Positions 52,916 to 61,342 of a DNA stretch of 64,000 nt are shown here, one piece after another. The position numbers were made by a program, and so were the translations under genes. Source of the stretch: Candidatus Saccharimonadales bacterium. Lineage in GTDB: Bacteria > Patescibacteriota > Saccharimonadia > Saccharimonadales > OMJO01. The DNA is taken from contig DATIID010000001.1 of NCBI GenBank assembly GCA_035480035.1, positions 329,323 through 393,322 of the forward strand, read 5' to 3'. The number at the start of each line of letters is the position of its first letter. The first letter of the stretch is position 1. The notes below the pieces were generated by a model, which had not been told where the DNA came from, made no database searches, and saw nothing but the letters and a program-made list of their open reading frames with translations.

Positions 52916-53040
52916 TTTCGATTAAGGAAATGTGGTCTCCATTAAAGCCTTTAGACTTTAATGGAGATAAAGCAAAGGAGCTAGTGAGCGCAAGCTCGTG
53001 GAGGTTCAAGTCCTCTTATCCGCACCATAAAGGTAGTTTA

Positions 53041-54822
53041 TTAGTTTGCTACTTTGGCCTGACGAATCATCCAGTTATTAACATTTGAAAATCGATCGGC
53101 TTCAGTATTAACAGTTGTCGGGTCAAAGCCAAAAATTGGTTTTCGGCTTATGTATAAAAAGCGTGGTTGATAAAGCACAATCGCCGGGACATCATCACGC
53201 CAAGCTTGCAAAAACGGCTTATATTTAATTCTTCTAATCGTTGGGTCAGTACGACTGCGTCCAGCTTCTAGCGCCCTATCAGCCGTAAGTGATTTATACT
53301 CCGATAAATTAAGTCGATTGGTCGAATGTGGATCAGCTTGTGAACTATGCCAATAAACGAACACGTCGGGATCCGGACCAATCGAAATACCATAAAGTAG
53401 GGCGTCGTATTCATGACGCGCCACTGCACCTTGCAAATCAACTGCTGGTTCTAATTCAACTTCGGTAGTAACTCCTTCTCCTTGCCATTCAGTTTGTATT
53501 TTTTGAGTTAAATAAGTATATTCACTGGAGTTTCGAGCTAATAAGTGGACAATAAGCGGCTGACCGCCTTTCATGCGCATACCCTGTTTGTTTCTAACCC
53601 AACCCGCATCGTTGAGTAGTTTGTCACTTGAAGCAAGGTTATATTTATATTCCTTAAGTGAAGGATCGTAGCCAGTTTGGCCTTTTAATAAAGGTTCGTC
53701 GGCAATCACTACGGGAAAAGTCAGATTATTAATAATATCGGCTTGTTTTGTGGCTTGAGCTAAAGCCCGACGCACCCGAAAATCCTTAAGGTTGGGTGCG
53801 GTGGTCTTCAGAAAAACTACTACTTCACCACTAATCGGAATGTTGTAATTTTGTATATTTTTTTGTTTTGCCAAATTATCCGGGATATTATCAAGCCCCA
53901 CCATAGCGTCAAGTTCGTTATGGTTATAGCTGTCAATCATGTGCTTTTCATCACGGAATGAATGAATCGTAAGGAAATCAATATTGGGCCGACCACCATA
54001 ATATTGGTCGAAGGCTTTGAGACCAATTTTTTCTTCGCGAGTTTCGGGAGTATCGCCGCTAACCTCAATCTTTTCCAGTTTAAACGGGCCTGAACCGATA
54101 GCGTTCGTTGAGTTAAAGCGAACTGAACGTAGTTGGGTCGGTGGGACACTAGATAGTAAATGTTTCGGCACAATACCATTAGTTAACGAATACGGGAAAG
54201 AGCCCAGGGCATTTGGTAAGGTGAAAACAACCGTGTACTTGTCTTTTGCGACGACCTTTATTCCCTGCCAGCTGTTAAATAATGACGATTTGGCATCCGG
54301 ATTTTGGATAGTTTTGTAAGTAAAGACCACGTCATCAGCTGTCAGTGGCTGACCGTCATGCCAAAACAAATTATGGCGAAGTTGTATCGTAAAAGTGACG
54401 GCCCGGTCATCACTATGCCACTTGTCGGCTAAGTCACCGGTTAACTGATTGTTTTGATTAGTCTTAAGCAGACCCGAAAAAACTAGCCGAGAAACACTAC
54501 TATCAACAAGACCATTAGCATAAAGCGGGTTGGCGTTAGTAAATGATCCCAAAATACCTTCGTTAAACGTGCCGCCAGCGACCGGCTGAAGCGTTTGGTA
54601 ATAATTGCCCAGTACTATATTTTGAATAATTAAACTAGCGATTAAGACCACCATTAGGATTAACCAACCGGCAATAAAACGACGAACTTCCGTCAAACGG
54701 TTGACGCGACGGAAAAGATGTCTTTCCAAGTTTTCTTCTGCCTGAAGACCCATGTCTTCAACTTGGCGCCGACTCTGGCGAATTCGTCGTCGCCAACGCA
54801 ACTTGGTAGTTCGATCAATCAT
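53041..54822 (-). CDS. ABC-type peptide/nickel (family 5) substrate-binding protein, membrane-anchored, with no adjacent permease
   Basis: It has an N-terminal TM helix. Its size and motifs (FHDGQPLTADDVVFTY-like WHDGQPLTADDVVFTY, GSGPFKL) fit SBP family 5. Confidence 0.7.
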   Translation of the reverse strand: MIDRTTKLRWRRRIRQSRRQVEDMGLQAEENLERHLFRRVNRLTEVRRFIAGWLILMVVLIASLIIQNIVLGNYYQTLQPVAGGTFNEGILGSFTNANPLYANGLVDSSVSRLVFSGLLKTNQNNQLTGDLADKWHSDDRAVTFTIQLRHNLFWHDGQPLTADDVVFTYKTIQNPDAKSSLFNSWQGIKVVAKDKYTVVFTLPNALGSFPYSLTNGIVPKHLLSSVPPTQLRSVRFNSTNAIGSGPFKLEKIEVSGDTPETREEKIGLKAFDQYYGGRPNIDFLTIHSFRDEKHMIDSYNHNELDAMVGLDNIPDNLAKQKNIQNYNIPISGEVVVFLKTTAPNLKDFRVRRALAQATKQADIINNLTFPVVIADEPLLKGQTGYDPSLKEYKYNLASSDKLLNDAGWVRNKQGMRMKGGQPLIVHLLARNSSEYTYLTQKIQTEWQGEGVTTEVELEPAVDLQGAVARHEYDALLYGISIGPDPDVFVYWHSSQADPHSTNRLNLSEYKSLTADRALEAGRSRTDPTIRRIKYKPFLQAWRDDVPAIVLYQPRFLYISRKPIFGFDPTTVNTEADRFSNVNNWMIRQAKVAN

Positions 54823-54835
54823 GTATGGTACCTGT

Positions 54836-55048
54836 TTAAGCTACGATACCGAGAATCAGTGATGCAGCAAAAACAAAAACAGCTACAATTGTTATTTGAT
54901 GGAGAGTTTTGTCTGAGCCGCGACGCACGGTGTTAACTTCTCCACCGCCACCCAAACCAGCGCCCAAGCTAGCCCCTCGAGTTTGAATCATAATCAAAAC
55001 CGTTAGGATAAACATTGAGATAATGGTCACGTAGTTATAGATACTCAC
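54836..55048 (-). CDS. secG: Preprotein translocase subunit SecG
   Basis: It is a 70-aa protein with two TM helices and a Gly-rich loop (QTRGASLGAGLGGGGE). Confidence 0.7.
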   Translation of the reverse strand: MSIYNYVTIISMFILTVLIMIQTRGASLGAGLGGGGEVNTVRRGSDKTLHQITIVAVFVFAASLILGIVA

Positions 55049-55050
55049 TT

Positions 55051-55416
55051 TTAGGTCTCCTCCAAAATAGTAGTCACTAGATAGTTTACCAAGCCAATGA
55101 CCATACCAGCAAGCATTGCCGCGCCAAAATTGGTAACTTGTAGCCGTGGATAAAGTTTGCTGGCCAGGATTACCATCAACCCATTAATTACAATCATGAA
55201 TAAGCCAAGGCTGAATAACACTGCCGGTAAAGATAAAATTACGACGATTGGTTTAATGACGATGTTAATCAAGGCTAATACTAATCCGGAAATGATAATA
55301 ACGCCCAGACTGCTGTTGTAAGATACCCGATCACCACCCAATAAACGGGCGGCTATCCACAAGCCTAAGCCACAGACAAACCAACGCACTAAAAATCTGG
55401 TAAATGGTTTATTCAT
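55051..55416 (-). CDS. Small membrane protein, DUF360 / phage-holin-4-like family
   Basis: It is 121 aa with four TM helices, and its N-terminus (RFLVRWFVCGLGLWIAARLL) is typical of the family. Confidence 0.5.
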   Translation of the reverse strand: MNKPFTRFLVRWFVCGLGLWIAARLLGGDRVSYNSSLGVIIISGLVLALINIVIKPIVVILSLPAVLFSLGLFMIVINGLMVILASKLYPRLQVTNFGAAMLAGMVIGLVNYLVTTILEET

Positions 55417-55419
55417 CTT

Positions 55420-56685
55420 TTACTTTATTGTAAGCTGGGACAGCTCACGAGGCAAGGTAGACATAAGCTTTATGCCGGTTTGGGTAATTAGTACGTCATC
55501 CTCAATCCGGACACCAATTTCTTCACTCGGTATGTATATACCTGGCTCGACCGTAATGACCATGTTGGGTTTTATAATCTGATCCGGCTCTGTTACATCA
55601 TGAACATCAAGCCCCAGGGAGTGCGAGGTGGCATGTGGGTAATATTGGCGTACGGTTTTATGATTAATGGTTTTAATTAATCCGAGTTCGCGTAATTTTT
55701 CGCCCATATAATGTTCGATGGCATGTTCATAATCTTTCAAGCTTTGGCCAAGGCGAAGATAACTGAAAGCATAATCTTGAACTGACTCAACGGCTTTATA
55801 AATAGCTTGCAAACGTTTTGATGGCTGGCCAATTGAATAAGTACGGGTTAGATCGGCCGCGTAATTATCAATCTCGGCCCCCACATCGATTAGTAAGACG
55901 CCGTTTTTAACAATTGGCTGGTCATTCTTCATTTGGTGTGGGCTGGTGGCAGCCACTCCGCCGGCTACCATTGGTTCAAAGGCATGACCGTTAGCACCAC
56001 GTTTTCGAAAACCATTTAAAATCGCCGCCTCAACCTCATATTCATATTGATATTTGGGCAGCCGTTTCTGAACTTCTTTGAGCGTTGCTTCGGTAATATC
56101 TATGGCTTCTTGAATAACCATCAGCTCGTCAGGTTGTTTAATAACTCTTAGTCGTGATAAGTGAACCCTGAGATCAAGTAACTTAAGGCTTGAGTTAATA
56201 TGTTTAACTTGTTTGACTAATCTAGCTCTGGCCGGATTAGTGTACATGTTGTAAACCCCAACATAAGCCGGTGGTGGTGCTAGGACGGCAACGTGTTTGG
56301 CGCGTTTAAGACGCGAGCTTAAACGTTCCCAACCTTCGTGATAATCAAATATCTGGTCAATGCCCGATTGTTTGATTAGTTTGTCAGGATCAATATCGGC
56401 TTCCAAAGCTTGTTGGGCTCGACCACGCTCTGGCAAAATAATATATTCTTTGCCTTTATCAATAACCAACGTCAGATCCGGTTGATCCAGTCCGGTTAAA
56501 TACCAAAAACTGCTATCCTGCCGAAACGGATAAGTAACATCGCTGTTGCGCTGCACTAAACCATTGGCCGTAAGCACAATTGGTGCCTTACCCGCAAACA
56601 ATTCAACTAATTTTTGGCGATTGCCGATAAAGAAAGTAGTTTCAAATCGATTCTTCATAACAGATAGAGTATATAACAATTCCAA
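55420..56685 (-). CDS. pepP: Xaa-Pro aminopeptidase (M24B)
   Basis: It has the metal-ligand contexts DVGAEIDNYAADLTRT, HSLGLDVHD, TVEPGIY and IEDDV. The start may instead be the MKNRFE Met at 56658. Confidence 0.8.
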   Translation of the reverse strand: MELLYTLSVMKNRFETTFFIGNRQKLVELFAGKAPIVLTANGLVQRNSDVTYPFRQDSSFWYLTGLDQPDLTLVIDKGKEYIILPERGRAQQALEADIDPDKLIKQSGIDQIFDYHEGWERLSSRLKRAKHVAVLAPPPAYVGVYNMYTNPARARLVKQVKHINSSLKLLDLRVHLSRLRVIKQPDELMVIQEAIDITEATLKEVQKRLPKYQYEYEVEAAILNGFRKRGANGHAFEPMVAGGVAATSPHQMKNDQPIVKNGVLLIDVGAEIDNYAADLTRTYSIGQPSKRLQAIYKAVESVQDYAFSYLRLGQSLKDYEHAIEHYMGEKLRELGLIKTINHKTVRQYYPHATSHSLGLDVHDVTEPDQIIKPNMVITVEPGIYIPSEEIGVRIEDDVLITQTGIKLMSTLPRELSQLTIK

Positions 56686-58182
56686 TTATTTCGTTGACAT
56701 ATATTGGTAAATATTTTTAGCATTCTTTTCACCAGCTATTTTAGCGAGATCTGCTTGGCTAGCTTGCGAAACGCCCCGTGCTGAGCCAAAAGTCTTGATT
56801 AATTTCTTACGAGTGGCCGGTCCAACACCTGGGATTTCGTCTAGCAAACTAGCCGTTTGGCGCTGACCTTTGAGTGTACTGTGATAGCTGACGGCGAACC
56901 GGTGCGACTCATCGCGGATTCGTTGTAACAGCTTAATTAAATTTGTGCTGTGCGGTAAATTGAGTAAAACAAAATCCTCACTATCGGTTCGAAATCCACC
57001 AAGTTTGTGTAAAATTTCTTCGTTTACATCAACGTACGATTTTGTTTTATGAACGACAATTTGTTCTTCACGTTTAGCTAGCCCGATAAATGAAATTTGC
57101 GAATGACCCGATTCATCTCGCGCTCGCAGTGCAGCATCGAGCTGACCTTTACCACCATCGATTAAAACCAAGTCGGGTAAGCCCCACTTTTTGGTATTTC
57201 GCTCGCTTAGTCGCCGAGTCATGGTCTCATGCATGTTATAAAAATCATCGTTTTTATTTTGTTTGGTTTTAAATTTACGGTATTCAGTTTTGTTACTGGC
57301 GCCATTTGTGAACACCACCATACTGGCGACGACGTCACTGCCCTGCATGTGTGAGATATCATAACCTTCAATTCGCCGCGGCACCGCTGCCAGTCGCAGC
57401 AAATCAACTAACTCTGTAAGCGCATGGTCTTTACTAATATCCAAAAATTCTTTGTCCGAAAATACCACTTGTTTAGTCAAGTTCTGTAAAGCAAATAGTT
57501 GATTACGGACCTTGGCGGCTGCTTCAAAATCTTTAGCACGGGCGTATTTATTCATGTCTTTTTCAAGATCTTTAATAATTTGCGTACGGTTACCTTCAAT
57601 GTAAGAAATTAACTTGCGTAAATTAGCTCGGTAATCTTCAAGACTAGTTTTATGGCTTTCCAATCCGGGGTCCAACCCTAAATGATAGTGCAAACTAGCT
57701 CGCTTTTGACCGGGCGTCTGCCTGGTGGCAAATGGGAAAGCCCGGCGCAGTAGTTTTAAAGCCGTTCTGACACTTAATGTACTGAGGTATGGGCCAAAGT
57801 AACGAGCGCCATCATCAAGCGGTCGACGAGTCGTACTAACGGTTGGGTAGTCGCTATCGTAATCAATCCGTATGTAAACCATGCTTTTGTCGTCACGCAG
57901 TAAAATGTTGTAGCGCGGCATGTAGCGCCGGACCATCTCGGCTTCCAAAAACAAAGCATCAAGTTCCGTCTCGACTTCAACCCAATCCAAATCTGCAATT
58001 TCACTAACTAAAGCTTCGGTTTTAGGATCGCGTGCCCGTGACCTTTGAAAATACTGGCGTACGCGATTATTTAGTCGAGCGGCCTTGCCGACGTAAATAA
58101 TTTCACCGCTAGCTTCTTTATGAAAATAAACGCCCGGCTTCTTTGGCAATTGTTTTAGTTTTTTTGCAATTAGCTCATTCAT
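56686..58182 (-). CDS. uvrC: Excinuclease ABC subunit C (short form, 498 aa)
   Basis: It has a GIY-YIG N-terminus (GVYFHK...IYVGKA), a UVR-like helix, the endonuclease domain and a C-terminal (HhH)2 (IPGVGPATRKKLIKTFGS). Confidence 0.85.
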   Translation of the reverse strand: MNELIAKKLKQLPKKPGVYFHKEASGEIIYVGKAARLNNRVRQYFQRSRARDPKTEALVSEIADLDWVEVETELDALFLEAEMVRRYMPRYNILLRDDKSMVYIRIDYDSDYPTVSTTRRPLDDGARYFGPYLSTLSVRTALKLLRRAFPFATRQTPGQKRASLHYHLGLDPGLESHKTSLEDYRANLRKLISYIEGNRTQIIKDLEKDMNKYARAKDFEAAAKVRNQLFALQNLTKQVVFSDKEFLDISKDHALTELVDLLRLAAVPRRIEGYDISHMQGSDVVASMVVFTNGASNKTEYRKFKTKQNKNDDFYNMHETMTRRLSERNTKKWGLPDLVLIDGGKGQLDAALRARDESGHSQISFIGLAKREEQIVVHKTKSYVDVNEEILHKLGGFRTDSEDFVLLNLPHSTNLIKLLQRIRDESHRFAVSYHSTLKGQRQTASLLDEIPGVGPATRKKLIKTFGSARGVSQASQADLAKIAGEKNAKNIYQYMSTK

Positions 58183-59069
58183 TAAACGGCCAGGGCTTCG
58201 GCATGCCGGCTACAATAAGTTGTTTTTTGGGCACAATTTTGGCATGCCAAAATTAAATCGTTGCAAGATTTATCAGCACAGTTAATAAAATTCGAAGTTT
58301 TTTGTCGACAGTGGCTACATTTGCCAATATCTTTAGCTTTGTCACTGAATGACATGGTCATACGTTTATCAAAAACGTATAACTTGCCCTCCCATAACCC
58401 ATCGTCTTTATATTTTTCGCCATATTTAGCAATGCCGCCCTCGAGTTGATAAACCTCTTTGAAGCCACGGTTTTTCATTAGACCGGTTAAAATTTCACAG
58501 CGAATACCGCCAGTACAATAGGTCACTATTGGTTTATTTTTTAACTTCTTCATTTTGGGTTGTTCAAGTTCTTTAATAAAGTCGCGAGTTGTCCGGGTGT
58601 CGGCAATCACGGCGTTTTTAAACTTGCCGACCTCAGCTTCATAGGCATTGCGACCATCCATAAACACCACGTCGTCACCACGCTGTTCGATTAATTTATG
58701 AACTTGCTCAGGTTTCAAGTGTCGGCCGTTGCCAACTACACCCTTGTCGTTTATCTTTAGCTCATTTGTCGCTAAAAAGGTGACTATCTCTTTGCGAACT
58801 TTAATTGATAGCTTAGGGAAATCACTGGCCGAGCCATCACTCCATTTGTACATAATTTTCTTAAACAGTGGATGCAGATTCATGGCTTTTTTATAAGCTT
58901 TTAGGCCTTCCACAGGACCACCAAGCGTACCGTTAATACCGTCTTTACTGATGATAATCCGGCCCTTCAGACCATGCCGCTCACAAAGCTCGCGTTGCCA
59001 ATACATAACCGTTACCGGATCGCTAATTGGTACAAATTTGTAATACAAAATTATCTTTTCCATTGGCAA
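58182..59069 (-). CDS. trhO: Rhodanese-domain protein of the UPF0176/TrhO (YceA) family, a putative tRNA U34 hydroxylase
   Basis: It has an N-terminal YYKF..I, the rhodanese active-site loop YCTGGIRCE and a Cys-rich C-terminus. Confidence 0.7.
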   Translation of the reverse strand: MPMEKIILYYKFVPISDPVTVMYWQRELCERHGLKGRIIISKDGINGTLGGPVEGLKAYKKAMNLHPLFKKIMYKWSDGSASDFPKLSIKVRKEIVTFLATNELKINDKGVVGNGRHLKPEQVHKLIEQRGDDVVFMDGRNAYEAEVGKFKNAVIADTRTTRDFIKELEQPKMKKLKNKPIVTYCTGGIRCEILTGLMKNRGFKEVYQLEGGIAKYGEKYKDDGLWEGKLYVFDKRMTMSFSDKAKDIGKCSHCRQKTSNFINCADKSCNDLILACQNCAQKTTYCSRHAEALAV

Positions 59070-59109
59070 TAATTATACCACTACCCCTGTAATTTGGCTC
59101 AATCGTAAA

Positions 59110-59832
59110 TTAGTCTTGGTTTTGGTCAGCTTCGGAAGTGGCGACTTCGCCTTCCGACGATTCGCCAGCTTCAGTTTCGGTTGTTGCTTCTTCACCTTCT
59201 TCGGTCTCGCCATGGGCAGCTGCGTCTTCAGCTAAAGCAGCCGCAGCAGCATCAGCTTCAGCCAATTGATCTTTTGGCATTTCAACCGTGGCAATCGGAT
59301 GCTCTAGTTCGGTTAGGATAGTTACTCCAGGTGGTACCTGAATATCAGCCACCGTTATATGGTCACCGACTTCTGTCAAGTTGCCAGGGTCAACTACTAA
59401 TTCATCTGGCAAATCTTTGGGCAAAGCTTTGACCTCAACAGTGTCTAACTGTTTTAAGACTAATAGACTAAGTTTTTCGGCTGGGATTTCGACATCCTCT
59501 TTGAAGACCACAGGTATTTCAGCTTCAACTTCTTCATCTTGTTTGATGGCTTGAAAAACAACATGCCGCATCTGGTGCTTAACCGGTTCGAAGTCAACAT
59601 CCTTGATAAGGGCTAGGTGATTGGTTTTGCCAACTTGTAACTGAACCGGGTGGTGTTTGCCGGCTTCTTCATAAGCTTTCAAAATAGCTCTCAGATCAGC
59701 CATGACGTGGATTGAAGGTTGGCCGTGATCGTGGATAACAGCAGGTACCTTGCCACTAGCCCTTAAGTGGTTTAGGCCTTTGCCAAGAACAGTACGTTCT
59801 TCGAGATCCACAGTTATATCAGCTGTTGACAT
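59110..59832 (-). CDS. rplY: 50S ribosomal protein L25/Ctc-type with an acidic tail
   Basis: LRASGKVPAVIHDHG ... MRHVVFQAI fits L25, and it is a long-form Ctc architecture. Confidence 0.8.
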   Translation of the reverse strand: MSTADITVDLEERTVLGKGLNHLRASGKVPAVIHDHGQPSIHVMADLRAILKAYEEAGKHHPVQLQVGKTNHLALIKDVDFEPVKHQMRHVVFQAIKQDEEVEAEIPVVFKEDVEIPAEKLSLLVLKQLDTVEVKALPKDLPDELVVDPGNLTEVGDHITVADIQVPPGVTILTELEHPIATVEMPKDQLAEADAAAAALAEDAAAHGETEEGEEATTETEAGESSEGEVATSEADQNQD

Positions 59833-59917
59833 GTAACTCCTTAAAAAATCGTCGTTGTTAGGGGTTATTATACATCATCTGGACGTAAGTAGCAAAAGCA
59901 GTTAATCTAGAACTGAC

Positions 59918-60544
59918 GTGTTTAATATTAATCATCTGATTGAAACTGGCGGTTTATTATTGATTGGCGGTATAGTATTTGCCGAGTCCGGTCTGTTAGT
60001 TGGTTTTTTCCTGCCAGGAGATACTTTACTATTTTCGGCTGGTTTTTTTGCCGGTCAAGGTAAACTACCTTTAATCTGGTTGCTGCTGGTTGTAATACTA
60101 GCCGCTATTGCAGGCTATGAAGTCGGCTATCAAATTGGCCATAAATTTGGTAAACGATTATTCCGAAAAGAAGAAGGTATAATTTTCCGACAAGATTACC
60201 TGAGAAGGTCAGAAATTTTTTACGAAAAACATGGTGGCAAGACAGTCATGTTGTCGCGCTTCATTCCAGTTATCCGAACTTTTGCGCCAATTGTTGCCGG
60301 TATTGGCAGCATGTCAAAAACTCGTTTTGTTAGTTTTAATATCCTTGGTGCAGTGGTCTGGACAACAGGCGTGGTACTACTTGGTCGTTGGCTTGGTCGC
60401 AAAATTCCAAATATCGACCACTATCTTTTGCCGGTTATCATAGCGGCCATGTTAATTTCATTTGGCCCATCGCTTTACCACATTTTCGGAGACAAAGAAA
60501 CTCGTATCAAAATATTAGCTAAGCTTCAACGCAAAAAGGCATAG
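59918..60544 (+). CDS. DedA-family membrane protein
   Basis: It has AESGLLVGFFLPGDTLLF and SRFIPVIRTFAPIVAG. The start codon is GTG. Confidence 0.8.
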   Translation: MFNINHLIETGGLLLIGGIVFAESGLLVGFFLPGDTLLFSAGFFAGQGKLPLIWLLLVVILAAIAGYEVGYQIGHKFGKRLFRKEEGIIFRQDYLRRSEIFYEKHGGKTVMLSRFIPVIRTFAPIVAGIGSMSKTRFVSFNILGAVVWTTGVVLLGRWLGRKIPNIDHYLLPVIIAAMLISFGPSLYHIFGDKETRIKILAKLQRKKA

Positions 60545-60550
60545 AACTGT

Positions 60551-61258
60551 TTAATGCCAGAGCTGAACCTTATCAATATCAACCCGACCACTAATTACCA
60601 TAACTCTGAATTCCAAATCTTTTACCACCGCAGTACTGCTACCACAATTATAGTAGCCATAACTACCCCCTTCACTAATAACGCACACGGCCATCTGGCG
60701 TAAATCAAGCTCAAGATTATAGGCTTGATGACCGCTTACACTTACAACTTTCGATATGGTTGGCACAAACCCATTAGTATGCATTTGTCGATTCGCGGTT
60801 TCGGCCCTATTACTATGAACCTCAATTCTGACTTTTGAGATTCCGCCATTAACTGAACTCATATAAAACCGAACGGTTTTGCGAGGATTCCAACAGCCAG
60901 TCCCACAAATATTTGGGTTCTCGGTTGTATAGGGTCCCCACAGGGCATAATGGTTATTATTGCCCGCTGGGTCAGAACGCCATGCACCGGCAACGCGCGT
61001 ACCTCCAGTGTGCTCAATCGGTGTTTGATCATGCCTCTTTGGCTGCTGAATACCAGTATATTCGGCCTCCCAAGTAGCCTCATAATTATCATTAATGCTG
61101 TCAGCGTGACTGGTCGCAATAAAATAGGCCCCAATGCCACCAAATACAATAACAAAAGCAGCTAACCCCGTAAGTGATCCCTTAGCTATAAATCTATTAA
61201 ATGCGTTAGGGTGTTTATTGGATTTGTGGCTCACTTTTGTTTTATTTGGTTTTGCCAT
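60551..61258 (-). CDS. Hypothetical membrane-anchored / secreted protein (235 aa)
   Basis: It has a basic N-terminus and a TM helix (LTGLAAFVIVFGGIGAYFIA), with no recognisable motif. Confidence 0.45.
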   Translation of the reverse strand: MAKPNKTKVSHKSNKHPNAFNRFIAKGSLTGLAAFVIVFGGIGAYFIATSHADSINDNYEATWEAEYTGIQQPKRHDQTPIEHTGGTRVAGAWRSDPAGNNNHYALWGPYTTENPNICGTGCWNPRKTVRFYMSSVNGGISKVRIEVHSNRAETANRQMHTNGFVPTISKVVSVSGHQAYNLELDLRQMAVCVISEGGSYGYYNCGSSTAVVKDLEFRVMVISGRVDIDKVQLWH

Positions 61259-61342
61259 TAGATCACCTTTATTTTATGATTCTATGCATAGATTGTAATG
61301 TTAATCCGTTAAAAGTAAAGACATAAGGTCTATACGTTAAAG

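Larger units (their letters stand above)
52704..53027 (+). pseudogene. Split/interrupted tRNA-Leu-like gene whose two halves flank tRNA-Leu(CAG); functional status unknown
   Basis: The 5' part is 52704-52772 and the 3' part is 52980-53027. The acceptor GCGGATA/TATCCGC, D stem GCG/CGC and anticodon stem CTAGT/GCTAG are all complementary, and CCA is present. Confidence 0.5.

Noticed and set aside
52773-52979. A group I intron, or an archaeal-type bulge-helix-bulge intron, in the anticodon loop of the outer tRNA-Leu-like gene
   Set aside because: I could not find a P/Q/R/S group I core, and the insert is mostly another tRNA plus simple hairpins. I could not draw a canonical 3-4-3 BHB at any of the junctions. 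The question is left open as a hypothesis only.
30823-53027. Integrated prophages or genomic islands bounded by the tRNA 3'-end direct repeats
   Set aside because: The repeats are at most ~140 nt apart with no coding cargo. No integrase, transposase or phage structural gene occurs anywhere in the window.
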